A DNA stretch of 64,000 nt from a virus. Within the stretch, counting starts at the first letter, position 1; every line of letters starts with the position of its first letter. Below the pieces are notes generated by a model. The model was given only the letters and a program-made list of their open reading frames with translations, was not told the DNA's origin and did no database searches. The translations under genes were made by a program, and so were the position numbers. Positions 1 to 11,700 of the stretch are shown piece by piece. The DNA lies in IMG/VR virus record IMGVR_UViG_3300034101_003424, positions 1 to 64,000 of that record, one strand, 5' to 3'.

Positions 1-260
1 CTCCGGTAGTACCCTGTAGTCCAGTAGGGCCTTGATTACCTTGCGGTCCTTGATTGCCTTGGAAACCTTGAGTTCCTACTGTTCCTTGAATACCTGTCGG
101 ACCTTGATTTCCCTGTAAGCCTATAGTTCCTTGTAAACCTGTTGGTCCTTGATTGCCTTGTGTGCCAATTATTCCTTGAATACCTGTCGGACCTTGATTT
201 CCCTGTGAGCCTATAGTTCCTTGTAAACCTATTGGTCCTTGATTGCCTTGAGAGCCTTTG
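1..260 (-). repeat. Collagen G-X-Q/T coding repeat array (9-nt periodicity), inverted relative to the homologous arrays at 35.6, 48.6 and 51.1 kb
   Basis: Reverse complement reads ...caaggtttccaaggcaatcaaggaccgcaaggtaatcaaggccc..., near-identical to plus-strand arrays. Confidence 0.9.
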
Positions 261-2629
261 AAGTTTCCTTTTTCTCCTTTCGGCCCTTTTTCACCACCGC
301 CAGCTATAGAAACAAATCCTTTAAAACATTCTCCAAAAGTTATTTCTATAGTATTTTCGTCTATGGCAGTATAATTTTCGGGGATAACGGAGTTCCCGTC
401 ATAGGAGTATATAGTAAATACAGGGTATTGTATACCTGTACCGTGGTTAATTGTAATAACATTACAACTATTTAAAGAACCAGTAAATACGGTATCTCCT
501 AATTCACCTTTAGACCCACTTATTCCCTTAAGCCCTTCCTCCCCCTTCTGTCCTTTACTCCCTTTGAAATCTCCTTTTTCTCCTTTGTCACCCTTTCCTG
601 AGGAGCTTGCTATTAAAGCCTGAAATGCAGGACTACTATTAAAAGTGTTTATTAAAAGTTGTTCGTCGATAGTAACATCAACATTAACTTTAACTCCGTA
701 AACACTTGTAGAAAAATTAGCAGAAACTCCATTAGCATTTAAATACTCTATTTCAAAAATATATTCCGTATCTATTTTTGCTATTGGTAAATTATCCAAT
801 GGAATATCAATACAAAATTCATTAGGAGTTCCTCCGTCTGATGCACTTGGAAATATATCAATGTCAGAAACATTCCATTGCCCTGCATTTATAATAAAAT
901 TAGGCTTTATATTATCTTCTGATGTAGCTTTAAATGTAAAAGTCTTTTTTATTTCAGACTTATTATTACCACCTATTAAAGATCCTAAAAAGGTGCCAAA
1001 TGAATTTTTTTCCGCTGTGCCAGATGGAGAGGATGCATTTACTTTATTTACAGACAATGGAGATTTTTCTACATCCGGTCCTTGAATGTATATATCAAGT
1101 TGTGGAGTTTTTCCATTAGCGTCTTTTTCGGAAAATGCGGATATTTGTACAGTGTATTCGGTATCCGGAACCGATTTAGAAATAAAAGAATCTTTTACTG
1201 TTATATTTACTACTTCATTTTCTTGCTTATTGTGTTGTACATCTAAGGCGTTTATTATATTCCCGCTATTTGCAGAGGTAGTTATTCCGCCAGTTCCTAT
1301 GTTTTCATAAGAAGAACTCTGTTTTCTAAACTTATTAATATCAAAATAGTTAGATATATCAGAGCTGTCTTTTATATTACCTACTTTCTTATTCTCTATG
1401 CCTCCATTAGCGGAAAAATCATAAGAAGAATTATCCGTTAATTTACTTGTCTTAGGTATTTTAAATTCTCCTAAATTAACCGGGCTTCCTACCCCTCCGG
1501 CGGCTTTTGCGGAAACTTTTACTCTGTCAACATCTCCGGAAACAGGTTTAGCATTTTTAACACATATTTTAGCATACCCGGTCTTCTTTTGTCCATCACT
1601 TGTATCAGGGCTTTTAAAATAGTCTATACATATATTGGATGAATCGAATCTTGTAATGTAAATTTCAGATGATTCTCTTTTTTTATTTACATAAGACTCT
1701 CTATAGAAAAATTGTTTATCTACTTTTATTTGAGTGTTACTAATAACCTCTACAATTGTTGCGGTATAAGAGGGAACTGTTGGAGAATATCCGGAAGGTA
1801 AATCACCGGGTAAATACTTAGAAATATCGGGAGTTAAAGATATAGTACCTTTCTCCATTTCTTTTTTAAACGGAGCACCTGTGTTAGCTACTATTGTGCT
1901 AAGATTATTTGCGTCTGTTGTTATAGAAACATTCCCCGAATTAGCTAAACTTCCGGATGTATTTACCGTAGGAGTAGATTCTATAGGTTTCCCATCAAAT
2001 AATTCAGGTATATTAGATGAATAATTAGAAGAGTATTGTGAAGGAGGTGCGGAGGATACATAAGATAAACTAACTGCATGACAACTTCCTGTAGCCCTAC
2101 TCCCGGAAAAGTTTTGAAAAGCTCTTGTTTCGGGGGTTAAATCTACTTTAGGAGGTATGGTATATTTTATATCTCCTATTGTTTTTTTCTTAGTATTGCA
2201 CAGTAATTTACCTACCCATATAATATTAGGGAAAGATATATTTGTTACTCGTCTATTTCTTAGTACATCAAAATTAGCTGTGCCTGCTATATAGATTTCG
2301 CAATTTCCTATGGGTACCTTATCTCCTATGGTAACAGTTACAATAGCGGATCCATTAGAATTTGCAACATTTTTTATTTCGTGTGGAATTAAGTTGCCCT
2401 CCGAATCATAGACTTCAACAAAAACTTGAGTTCCTTTAACTAAGTTTTGCGTTGGGTTGATTCCTATTTCATTAGACCCTTTTAAAAATTCCGCAGGTAG
2501 AGATAAGCCAAAATAATTAGCACTTAAAGCATCTCCATCGAAAAGCGTAAATTCATTTATATAGCTCTTTATCCCGGAGCTAATTAATTTTTTATTATTT
2601 TCAGATGATGATGTTACTCCAGAAGCCAT
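2..2629 (-). CDS. Tail fibre/virion protein with collagen-like C-terminal region (partial; runs off the left edge of the window)
   Basis: Not in ORF track because it has no stop in the window. Manual translation from ATG 2629 (MASGVTSSSENNKKL...) is open to base 2. It contains GDKGEKG triplets, an 'ITINHGTGIQYPVFTIY..VIP..NTIEITFG' module shared with other fibres, then ([18 protein letters not shown])-type collagen. Confidence 0.85.
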   Translation of the reverse strand, partial: MASGVTSSSENNKKLISSGIKSYINEFTLFDGDALSANYFGLSLPAEFLKGSNEIGINPTQNLVKGTQVFVEVYDSEGNLIPHEIKNVANSNGSAIVTVTIGDKVPIGNCEIYIAGTANFDVLRNRRVTNISFPNIIWVGKLLCNTKKKTIGDIKYTIPPKVDLTPETRAFQNFSGSRATGSCHAVSLSYVSSAPPSQYSSNYSSNIPELFDGKPIESTPTVNTSGSLANSGNVSITTDANNLSTIVANTGAPFKKEMEKGTISLTPDISKYLPGDLPSGYSPTVPSYTATIVEVISNTQIKVDKQFFYRESYVNKKRESSEIYITRFDSSNICIDYFKSPDTSDGQKKTGYAKICVKNAKPVSGDVDRVKVSAKAAGGVGSPVNLGEFKIPKTSKLTDNSSYDFSANGGIENKKVGNIKDSSDISNYFDINKFRKQSSSYENIGTGGITTSANSGNIINALDVQHNKQENEVVNITVKDSFISKSVPDTEYTVQISAFSEKDANGKTPQLDIYIQGPDVEKSPLSVNKVNASSPSGTAEKNSFGTFLGSLIGGNNKSEIKKTFTFKATSEDNIKPNFIINAGQWNVSDIDIFPSASDGGTPNEFCIDIPLDNLPIAKIDTEYIFEIEYLNANGVSANFSTSVYGVKVNVDVTIDEQLLINTFNSSPAFQALIASSSGKGDKGEKGDFKGSKGQKGEEGLKGISGSKGELGDTVFTGSLNSCNVITINHGTGIQYPVFTIYSYDGNSVIPENYTAIDENTIEITFGECFKGFVSIAGGGEKGPKGEKGNFKGSQGNQGPIGLQGTIGSQGNQGPTGIQGIIGTQGNQGPTGLQGTIGLQGNQGPTGIQGTVGTQGFQGNQGPQGNQGPTGLQGTTG

Positions 2630-2632
2630 TTA

Positions 2633-5600
2633 TTATGATATTAATTGGGAATGTCCGTTATCCTTTACAATAAATAGTTCCTTTGCTACATAATCTTTAA
2701 CTACATCTAAATGTGATATGCATAATATAAATCTAAAATATGAAGTAAGTTCTTCTAAGAATAATCCTACGTTAGCAATATTATCAGAATCTAATACACC
2801 AAATCCTTCATCTATAAAAAAGAAGTCAGGTTTTGGGAGTACAGTAACATGATTTAATGCTGCTCTTATGGCTAAGGATGATATAAATCTTTCCATGCCA
2901 GATGCTAAAGATAGAGGCCATTTAGGTCCATTTACATAAGATATAAATACTTCCAATGTTTTATCAGATAACTCAAATTGAACATTGAATGCTGCTACAT
3001 TTTTTAGAGCATCATTGACAACATTTTCTAATACAGGTAAATAATTTTTAATAATGAAAAGAGGGATTCCATCTCTTCTAGTTGCCTTCTCAAAAACAAA
3101 ATAATTATTATAAGTTAAAGTGTCGTCCTTAAACTTTTTAATTTTTATTTTGATGTCTTTGATTTTTGATTCATTGCTAGTTATTGTAGATTTATGCCCT
3201 CCGATAGTATAAGCTAATTGATATACAGCATCATCTATTAATTTTTTCTCATCTAATAATTTGGCTATTTCGCTATCTATTTCAGCGTTTTTCTGCTCTA
3301 TGTCTTTGTAGGATTCTTGCTCTTTTAGCTTTTCGGAATAATCTAAAATCAAGTTTTTTGAGATTTGGATTTTCTCCTTAATAATATTTGCTTGGCTTTC
3401 TATATTGTCCAAGTTGGATTTTAATCTTTCTGTTTCATTTATCTTATCTTTGTACTTTTTATATAGAGAGTCTGCTGTTTCTAAATTCTTTACACTTTCT
3501 CCTAATTCTTTTTTACTTTGTTTGAGTTTATCTAGTTTGTTTAGTAACTCCGGATATTCTTTTTTAGCTTTTTCTCCCTCTAATGCGTACTTGTTGTTTT
3601 TTACGCAATACACACAGTTGGGATCATGCTCGTAACCTTGTAGATGGTCTATTAACTTACTACTAGATTTTATTTCAGATTCAGCTACTGCAATGTCCCT
3701 GTCAAAATCAGATAATGTTTTTCTTATCGTAACTAAATCAGAAGATACGTCAGCTACTTCTCCCATAGATTCTAATTCGGATAAATGCGTTTTAAGGGCA
3801 TTTCTAGCCTCTACAAACGACTTTCTCTTATCTTCTAAGGATGAACTAAGGGTTGCCTCATTTCTGCTCTCCTCGTCTATTTTTGTGGCGTAGTTTACAG
3901 ATTGCTTAGGGTATGGAGTAAGTTCCTTTCTTTTGTTTTCTATTTGTATGGACAGGACATCAGAACTCTTTTTATTTAACTCTAAGCTAGTTTCAACTTG
4001 TGTTAGCTTAGACTTTATATCTATTATGTTATTTTCATACTCCGTTACAGATTCGTTGTATTTTTGTTTTTGGTGATTCTCAATTTCATATTTTAATTGT
4101 TTGAGATGCTCTTTAGATGTATCATTTAATTTCTCAAAGATGTCTATATCAAAATACTTGTACAATAAATCTTTTTTGTCTTTTTGGGTCTTATCAATAA
4201 AGTCAGATTTATTATGTTGGTCATACATTGTTATAAGCATGAAATTCTCATAACTTCCTAGATACTTTCTAATGCTGTCATTTGTTTCATATCTTTGCTC
4301 GCCGTTTAAAGAAGTTCCATCCTCTTTATAGAAATTAACGATAACTTTTACTTTTCCATCTTTTCCTTTCTTGCCATTACGCTCTATAAAATAAGACTCT
4401 CCTGCAACGGATAATTCTAATTTACAGGAAAAGAAATCAGAAGATGTATTCATTACTTCGGCTCCACTACTTGTCTTACTACATTTATCAAAAATACAGT
4501 AAGTCATAGCGTCTAATAAAGTAGATTTTCCGGAAGCATTTGGTGAGAATAATCCAACCAGTCCTCCTAACTCTCCTAAATTAAATACATTACCCTCTCC
4601 GTAGGAAAACATATTAGAAAATTCAAATCGTATAGGCTTCCATGTTACGCCTATAAACTCGGAAGGCTCATCTAATTCTAAAGATGCTGTTTTGTGTATG
4701 TCTAAGAATTTATCCGCTTGGTATTCCTGTTTTAACTCGTTTTGAACATATCTTTCTAGCATTGAGTGTCTCCATTCAAAATCTCTTATTATGTTCTCTT
4801 TGTCTAGTGATACTTCTCCTTTACCATTGTCTATAATAAATTTAGTTACTTTTGGTTTTTTTATACGAAGAACATTATATTTTTTCTCTAAGGCTAAACA
4901 AAAGGAGTCTATAAATTCTTGAGTACAATTTTCCGCGGTGATAGCTACATTAAGATTATATGGTAAATCTCCAGGTATTTTTTCAGCTACTTTATCATTT
5001 TTCAATTTGAATGTATAATAACCATTTGAAGATGCTATCTTAATGAACTCACTTGTATTCTTATTTAAATCCCATTCTATAATTCCATGTGTTAAATCTT
5101 CTCCAAAGTTCTGTTGTATTAGACTAGATGGATAAGCTGCTGTTTTTTCTAAATTGAGATATTGATGTTTATGAATGTCTCCCAATAAGATGTAATCATA
5201 ATCTGCATGTTCTAATACATCTAAATAATTTCCTTCTAATAGATATCCGTATGCTGTTGCCGAGTTCTTTACCGGTCCATGGTACATTAATATCTTTGTT
5301 TCCGCATCAAAAGATTTCGCGGGGATTACATTTTCAATTTTATCTTTGACATGTAATAAACTAAATCCTATTTGTTCATATTGATATACATTTGTTTCAT
5401 TCAAGAAATGTAATGTAGGTAAATTTAAACTATTTATAATGGGAGTTAATGCATCTAATCTTGTTTTATTATTTAGATTTAAGTCATGGTTTCCTAATAT
5501 TACTATGGTAGGAAGCATGTTACATAATGTAGATAATAGATTAGATACTACTGAGAATAATTCTGGAGACATGTTTGTTTTTGAATGTACTATATCCCCG

Positions 5601-5764
5601 CCCAAAAATATAATAGAATTAGGCGTCATTCTCTCCTCAATTATTTTATACAATTTTTCAAACACTTCTATGTATTCCTCATGTCTTTGATAATTGTAAA
5701 CATGAATGTCTGAAATGTGAAAAATCTTATCCACTTTTCTTCCTGTGTTCTTTATTAGAATCAT
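2633..5764 (-). CDS. Fused Mre11/SbcD nuclease - Rad50/SbcC ATPase (T4 gp47-gp46-like) recombination/repair protein
   Basis: N-terminal phosphoesterase motifs DIH, GGDIVH, GNHD, YHG, GDIHKHQ; Walker A SPNASGKST; long coiled coil with CVYC zinc hook; signature ASGME; Walker B FFIDEGFGVLD; H-loop ISH. Confidence 0.93.
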   Translation of the reverse strand: MILIKNTGRKVDKIFHISDIHVYNYQRHEEYIEVFEKLYKIIEERMTPNSIIFLGGDIVHSKTNMSPELFSVVSNLLSTLCNMLPTIVILGNHDLNLNNKTRLDALTPIINSLNLPTLHFLNETNVYQYEQIGFSLLHVKDKIENVIPAKSFDAETKILMYHGPVKNSATAYGYLLEGNYLDVLEHADYDYILLGDIHKHQYLNLEKTAAYPSSLIQQNFGEDLTHGIIEWDLNKNTSEFIKIASSNGYYTFKLKNDKVAEKIPGDLPYNLNVAITAENCTQEFIDSFCLALEKKYNVLRIKKPKVTKFIIDNGKGEVSLDKENIIRDFEWRHSMLERYVQNELKQEYQADKFLDIHKTASLELDEPSEFIGVTWKPIRFEFSNMFSYGEGNVFNLGELGGLVGLFSPNASGKSTLLDAMTYCIFDKCSKTSSGAEVMNTSSDFFSCKLELSVAGESYFIERNGKKGKDGKVKVIVNFYKEDGTSLNGEQRYETNDSIRKYLGSYENFMLITMYDQHNKSDFIDKTQKDKKDLLYKYFDIDIFEKLNDTSKEHLKQLKYEIENHQKQKYNESVTEYENNIIDIKSKLTQVETSLELNKKSSDVLSIQIENKRKELTPYPKQSVNYATKIDEESRNEATLSSSLEDKRKSFVEARNALKTHLSELESMGEVADVSSDLVTIRKTLSDFDRDIAVAESEIKSSSKLIDHLQGYEHDPNCVYCVKNNKYALEGEKAKKEYPELLNKLDKLKQSKKELGESVKNLETADSLYKKYKDKINETERLKSNLDNIESQANIIKEKIQISKNLILDYSEKLKEQESYKDIEQKNAEIDSEIAKLLDEKKLIDDAVYQLAYTIGGHKSTITSNESKIKDIKIKIKKFKDDTLTYNNYFVFEKATRRDGIPLFIIKNYLPVLENVVNDALKNVAAFNVQFELSDKTLEVFISYVNGPKWPLSLASGMERFISSLAIRAALNHVTVLPKPDFFFIDEGFGVLDSDNIANVGLFLEELTSYFRFILCISHLDVVKDYVAKELFIVKDNGHSQLIS

Positions 5765-6669
5765 AGTAAATTTGTTATTGCTGAATACTCATTAATTTCA
5801 ACTGCTCCTTCTATAGCATGCCATGTATCATCATATCCTAAATCACTAGGATCTTTTGTCCCCAAGTCAACTAGTTTGGTAGGAATACCGATGGCTCCTA
5901 ATTCCAAACAATACTTTATCGCTTGTTTCTTTTTATCCGGGTCAATAGCAATATATACTAAAGGAGTTTCTTCCATGAGTAGTCTATGTTTTAACTTCTC
6001 TGATATTATACTTCCTGTTAAATAAGTCACATTCCTTTTTACCGATACGCTGTCGAAAAAGCCCTCTACGATAACTATGGGGAATTTAAAATCTAGGAAA
6101 AATTCATTGACTATAATATCATTTATCTTGACAGGGGCGCCTAAATATTTGTAAGGAGAAAGACCTGTAAAATCTCTCCCTTCAAAAAAATTAAGTGTAC
6201 CATTTTTATCATAGGACGGCAAAATAATTCTTCCTGCGTACTTGCCTGTTAAGCAGTACCCAACCTTATGTCTTACTATGTCGTGAGTTGTGAAGGAGGG
6301 CTTAAACCTCCTTAAGAAGTTCAATACGGATTTGTGAGGCACCTTGTGTAGTGATACATATTCATCGGGCAACTTCAATAAAGTATTGGCGATTTCTTCG
6401 TTAGTATCATCTTTCATTTGATAATACTCTAAAACATTCCTAAGTTGATCAATTTGATTCTTTGTTGCACCATATTTGTAGAAAAGGTTAGTTATACTTC
6501 TCCCTTTAGTTTCGCAAATCCAACAATGGTACTTCTGATTGGTTAAATTTACACTTAACTTCTTTTTGTGGTGATTACAGAAGGGGCAGTGAAATACAAT
6601 GTCTGATTTACCCGCTGATTCCGAAGAACCTAGCACTTCCTCTAAAACCGATAATAATCTAAAACGCAT
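5761..6669 (-). CDS. DNA primase (zinc finger + TOPRIM)
   Basis: CPFC...CWIC zinc finger, GRIILP, FEGR, VEGFFD and IDPD TOPRIM acidic motifs, KDPSD; stop overlaps the Mre11-Rad50 start (ATGA). Confidence 0.9.
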   Translation of the reverse strand: MRFRLLSVLEEVLGSSESAGKSDIVFHCPFCNHHKKKLSVNLTNQKYHCWICETKGRSITNLFYKYGATKNQIDQLRNVLEYYQMKDDTNEEIANTLLKLPDEYVSLHKVPHKSVLNFLRRFKPSFTTHDIVRHKVGYCLTGKYAGRIILPSYDKNGTLNFFEGRDFTGLSPYKYLGAPVKINDIIVNEFFLDFKFPIVIVEGFFDSVSVKRNVTYLTGSIISEKLKHRLLMEETPLVYIAIDPDKKKQAIKYCLELGAIGIPTKLVDLGTKDPSDLGYDDTWHAIEGAVEINEYSAITNLL

Positions 6670-6675
6670 ATATAG

Positions 6676-7101
6676 TTATTTTTTTTCTTCAAACCATTGC
6701 TTAGGTATCGAATAAGCCGCCCATTTTATATTGTGTTTATTGCACCACTCGGCGTAAGTAGTCTTAGCTCCTTTTGAAATTCTAACATGGGGATCCTGGA
6801 ATACAATCCTAATATCTAAATGAGGGTTACATGAAATAATGTCCATCATCTTTTTTCGTTCCTCTAAAGTCCATCTTCCTTTAGCTTCTATGATGATATT
6901 ATTAGGTAACTCAAAATCTGCTAAATAAGTTCTAGGAGTTTCTGGTTTTATATACTTAATAACTTTTTTCTCATATAAATCTTTAGGGTCTACTCCCAAA
7001 GATCCTGATATTTGTAAAGCAATTGACTTCTCGAAATTAGATCTATAACCTTCTTTCTGTGCTAGTCTAGTCTTAAATGAATTGTTAAAAAATCCCGCCA
7101 T
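6676..7101 (-). CDS. T7 endonuclease I-like Holliday junction resolvase
   Basis: YRSNFE, YLADF..PN.IIIEAKG, DIRIVF, TTYAEWC.K motifs; start reassigned to ATG 7101 (MAGFF). Confidence 0.85.
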   Translation of the reverse strand: MAGFFNNSFKTRLAQKEGYRSNFEKSIALQISGSLGVDPKDLYEKKVIKYIKPETPRTYLADFELPNNIIIEAKGRWTLEERKKMMDIISCNPHLDIRIVFQDPHVRISKGAKTTYAEWCNKHNIKWAAYSIPKQWFEEKK

Positions 7102-7102
7102 A

Positions 7103-8758
7103 TCAATAATCAAATTTTACAATAACATTTAAATCTACATCATCTCTTTTCTTTATCGCTTGTCCCATTTTACCTACTGCAATTAGTTCGTTAGATTTGT
7201 TATACAAGCCGATGGTAGTTATGTAAGGAGATAAAGAACCTGTGAAATCATCTAAATACTCTGCACTCTTAACAGTTTTAGTAGAGGAAGGGTTCAATGT
7301 TAGATTAAAATCACCTCTCTTAATTCTACATAACATCTCAAACTCATACAAAGTTAAGCTATTTTTATAATATAGCAACCAATTATTAGATAAAATTTCA
7401 TGATATTTTTTATCTAAACTTGTAATTACTAAGTTACCTGTTCTATAAAATACGTTTCCTACTCTACTTGTCTGATAACATGAGATAGAAGATGTATTGT
7501 AAAGACTTGCTACATTTTGAGATGTTGCTGCTTTATTATAAAATCTTAATTCATCAATAAGTCCTGTATATCCATTTCTTCCATCAAAAGAAGATGCTCC
7601 TATCATTATATCACTTACATTGACAGTTTCATCTTTGACATCTGCTCTCGATGAATTTAATGCTCCATCAACATATAATCTAACATTTGAACCTGTTTTT
7701 ACTAAGCATACATGATGAAAATTATTATCTAAAATGGAATTGGAAGATGTTAATTGCAATGTTGAAAACCCATCTGATCTACTAAAAGATAGTTTTCCTG
7801 GTTGTGGATGGGTGTGATTATGTACCGAAAACTCATAAGGGTAGTAATCTACTGGGTAGTATTTAAAGGAAGAAGATGAAAAAACATCGGTTACTACTAG
7901 ATTCCCTTTATTTACTCTTTTTAATCTTCCGAATTCTTCTCTGTATAATATGGATTTTTTGTCAAGTATTGTATTTTTATTACTAGTTAATACGCTTTGA
8001 GATACCGGTGCCTTTAACCAAAAACTTATGGTGAAATTGTCTGCTGACTCAAAGCTAACCGTGTCAAAGTTTTTAGTGTGAATATAACCATCCCCATAAA
8101 ATTCCGCAGCTAATCCTGTTCTAGTTCCGTTAATAGGAATACCACTTGAATAGGCTACTTGATATGATTTTGATTTTTCTTGTGGTTCAATTACTTCGCT
8201 TTCGTATCTTATAAACAAAGTCTTTTTTCCTCCTCTGCCGTACCTATAAACTTTATGCGCATCCTGGAATCCCCAATATCCACATAGGTTATTTGAGTCT
8301 AAGAAAGAGCCTGTGTTTATATTCTTGTCATATAAGTTATTGTGTCCATCGTCTACTAAAAGTACATTGTTGTTTAGTCCTTTTAAATATAATGTGGTTT
8401 CTTTAATCTTGTCTCCGTAATTTAAAGAAGGAATAGAAAGTAAACTAGCTGTTAAAAATAAATTCTTAGTAGTTCTATTTCTGTCCCATCCCTCTAAAGA
8501 ATTAGCCCATGCAAAACCTCTCTTATAATACAAGTGGTTTAGTGAATTATAAACAATATACTTATAAGACCCATCTGTATTTTTAGGATAAGTGATATCT
8601 TTTGATGAACTGATATGAATAGGGCCTTTATAGTAAAGACCTTGCTGTACTTGATAACCTTGTTTTGAATAACTTCCGGTGAGGATATAATACTCCTTGT
8701 TTACTTCAAACGGGGCAATATTAAAATCCTCACCTCTTATTGGCGCGAATGTACTCAT
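7103..8758 (-). CDS. Virion/baseplate protein with LamG (concanavalin-like) domain
   Basis: FTISFWLK, FHHVCLVK.GS.VRLYVDG, G.IDELRFYNKA; C-terminal YITTIGLYN..ELIAVGK module shared with the two upstream genes. Confidence 0.75.
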   Translation of the reverse strand: MSTFAPIRGEDFNIAPFEVNKEYYILTGSYSKQGYQVQQGLYYKGPIHISSSKDITYPKNTDGSYKYIVYNSLNHLYYKRGFAWANSLEGWDRNRTTKNLFLTASLLSIPSLNYGDKIKETTLYLKGLNNNVLLVDDGHNNLYDKNINTGSFLDSNNLCGYWGFQDAHKVYRYGRGGKKTLFIRYESEVIEPQEKSKSYQVAYSSGIPINGTRTGLAAEFYGDGYIHTKNFDTVSFESADNFTISFWLKAPVSQSVLTSNKNTILDKKSILYREEFGRLKRVNKGNLVVTDVFSSSSFKYYPVDYYPYEFSVHNHTHPQPGKLSFSRSDGFSTLQLTSSNSILDNNFHHVCLVKTGSNVRLYVDGALNSSRADVKDETVNVSDIMIGASSFDGRNGYTGLIDELRFYNKAATSQNVASLYNTSSISCYQTSRVGNVFYRTGNLVITSLDKKYHEILSNNWLLYYKNSLTLYEFEMLCRIKRGDFNLTLNPSSTKTVKSAEYLDDFTGSLSPYITTIGLYNKSNELIAVGKMGQAIKKRDDVDLNVIVKFDY

Positions 8759-8759
8759 A

Positions 8760-11700
8760 TTAATACTTAAGTTTTACAGTAAATATAGATTCTTCTGTAA
8801 AGTTTTTTAGTATGGGTTTAGCTAATTTACCTACTGCAACAAGTTCTCTTTGAGCATTATAAAGACCTACTGTAGTGATATAAACTTGAGGATTATTTAC
8901 AAAATTCTCATAAATTTCTCCATTGGTTTCTGTAAGTCTTTTGGTAAGTTCCATACCTTCTGGTGAATTAGGGTCTAATGGCATAGATAAGTCTCCCGGT
9001 CTTCTAGAATCCTCTTTCTTATTGTAAATAAAGTAACTGTTATTATTTGTAAAATTAAATTCTTTGTTATTGATTCGGATAAAATAGTAATCGTTGTATT
9101 CTCTGATTACTCTTCTAGCTTTCATTCCTAAATAATCCCCGCTAATATCTTGTACTAATGCAGATCCGGAAAATGATTTATATAACTTAATTGCATTATA
9201 TCCTTCAATTTCCGATGCATTAGATGTTGCAAAAGATGCAGATAAGTCTAATTTATTTCCGTCCAAAATAGCTATACCTAGAGATGGAATTAGTTTGCCG
9301 TAATAATGAGGATTAGATTCATTATAAACTCCTGTTTCTAAAGTTCCTGAAACTATATTATAAGAATATCCTACATCTGTATAGTCTGGATTTATATTTA
9401 TTTTAGAATCGTCTATCAATCTAAGAACTCTATTAGTACCTGCTAATTTTACATTAGAGCCGGTGTGTGTAGCTCTAGTTCCTCCACCTGCCAAGAATCT
9501 AGATCCGGATAGATGTGCAATATTTAGTTCTAAAACACCTGCATCTAACCTATCTTTCAATCTCTTCGACTGATAATTTATAACATATATACTATCAGTT
9601 TCTTTTCCTGTAAGATTAAATTTAACATCAGGTTTACCTAAAACTAAATTTCTATACTGGCTATAAATAGCTCTAGTAGGAGTTATATTAATTTTATTCC
9701 CTTCGTCTAAAGATCCGGAACCTCCACTATGACCATAGGCTATGCTAAATTGAATAGATGATGTTAATGATGTTTTAGGATTTTCATCATATACATGTGT
9801 ATAATATCTACTATAATTCTCAGAAGTACTACCTGTAAAGAAAGTAACTAAATTTCTTACATTATTAGAAAATAAACCTTCTGTAATATCAAATACATAT
9901 TTTTTATTGTCTATTGGGTTTATCCTTTTTAGCCAATTAGAATCTGGAATCCTTAATGTCGTAGTAGTTGTAGTGGGAGGAGGGGGTGGAGTTGGACCGG
10001 GACCAGTTGGACCGGGACCAGTTGGGCCGGGACTAGTTGGGCCGGGGCCGGGAGGTACGGGAGGTGGTGGAGGGGGAGGTTCAGAACATCCGGCACGCAG
10101 ATATATCCTAATCGCTTCATTCCCTCCTTTAGACTCTTTATTTGAATTTAGCGTGAAAGATGCAGGATTTGGAGTTACCCAACCTAGAACGTCTCCAAAG
10201 TTTACAGTATACGTTCCTGGTGTTGAGTATATTAAACTAGTTAATTCTCGATATATATAGGCATTATCTCCTAGTATAAAGGATTCATAAGTTGTCGGAC
10301 CAAATCTATCTAATGGTAAATTTTTACCATTTATTGTCAGTGAGGGAGCGGGAGGTCTGTTAGAATTTCTTAAATTCAATATTGTACCATCACATTCTTG
10401 AAATTGTACAGCGGCTTGAATTTGAGCTATAGTTGTAGTTTCTACACAATTTAATCTCACATAAATTCCAGCTCCCGCATTTCCACCTCCGTATTCATTA
10501 ACTGAATTTAAATTAAATGTTACCGGAGAAGGAGTTTTCCAACCTGAAATGTTTCCAAAAGTTACAGTATATGTACCCGGTTTTGAAAATACAGTACTTG
10601 TAGCTGTTTTATAGGTGTACGCAAAATCTCCTAATATTCCTTTGTTTATTGTATCTAATGAAATTCCAATTCCGTTAATATTAACAGAAGGAGCAGGCGG
10701 GGCTATAGAATTACTTAGGTTAACGATAGATCCATCGCACTCTTGAAATTGTACGGCGGCTAATACTTGAGGTATTGCAGATGTTGTGTTATTATTTTCT
10801 GCTGTTGTACAATCTGAATCTTGCGGAAGGTTAGGGCTAGTTGTTATACTCAAATTAGTATAACCTTCGGTTAATAGTTGATTTCTAAATAATACAGTTT
10901 GAATAGATAGAAAATCTCTAAAAAATTCAGAAGTTTTAGTAGTTCCAGAAGCTGCTTCAATTTCAATTCTCTTAAAAGTTCTTCTAACCGCTCCATTTAA
11001 ACAGCCAGAAGCTCTTAGCTCTTCCGATAAAGTAATATTAGAGGGTGGTGAAGGAGGGAGTGGGCCTCCTCCTCCTCCACTAATAGAAGGACAATTAGTA
11101 GGTAATGGAGGGATAGAATCAAAAGCAGTTACTACACTAGTATTTCCGTTTCTTTCTAATTGTGCTTTATATGTAGCGGCAATGCTATCTCTAAACTGAA
11201 CATTAACTTGACCAAATGAAGAGCTATCAGGTCCCTGCGGACCGCAAAAAGAAGCATTTAACGTTACTGTAGAAGGACCTGGTCCAGTAGGTCCTCCCGG
11301 TGAGGGACCTGGTCCAGTAGGTCCTTCCGGTGGTGGGATTAGAGGTACACAAGAAGATGGGGATGCGGGAGATAAAGTTACAGATACTTCTGTAAAACCT
11401 AAATCTTCCAAAGATCTTTGTATGCCTCTTATCTTGACGGATCTGTCATTTAAATCTGTATAAGTTATAGTGTCTCTACTAAAAATTGGAGTTGTACCAT
11501 TACAGTATGTTATATATACAGTAGAAGTTGTAGATTGTACTATTTCTCCAATACCACCAAGATTTCCAAAGTCCGGAGTAAAGCATGTTAACAAAGGTGC
11601 GGGAGAATTTACTCCTACTGTATAAGGGATATTACCGTTCCTATAATTACTAGTAGCTTGATCAATAGCATTTTGTCTAGCACTAGGGTCGTTTGGATTT

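Noticed and set aside
239-1310. Short plus-strand ORFs at the left edge
   Set aside because: They overlap the long open minus-strand fibre gene (2-2629) that the ORF track missed.
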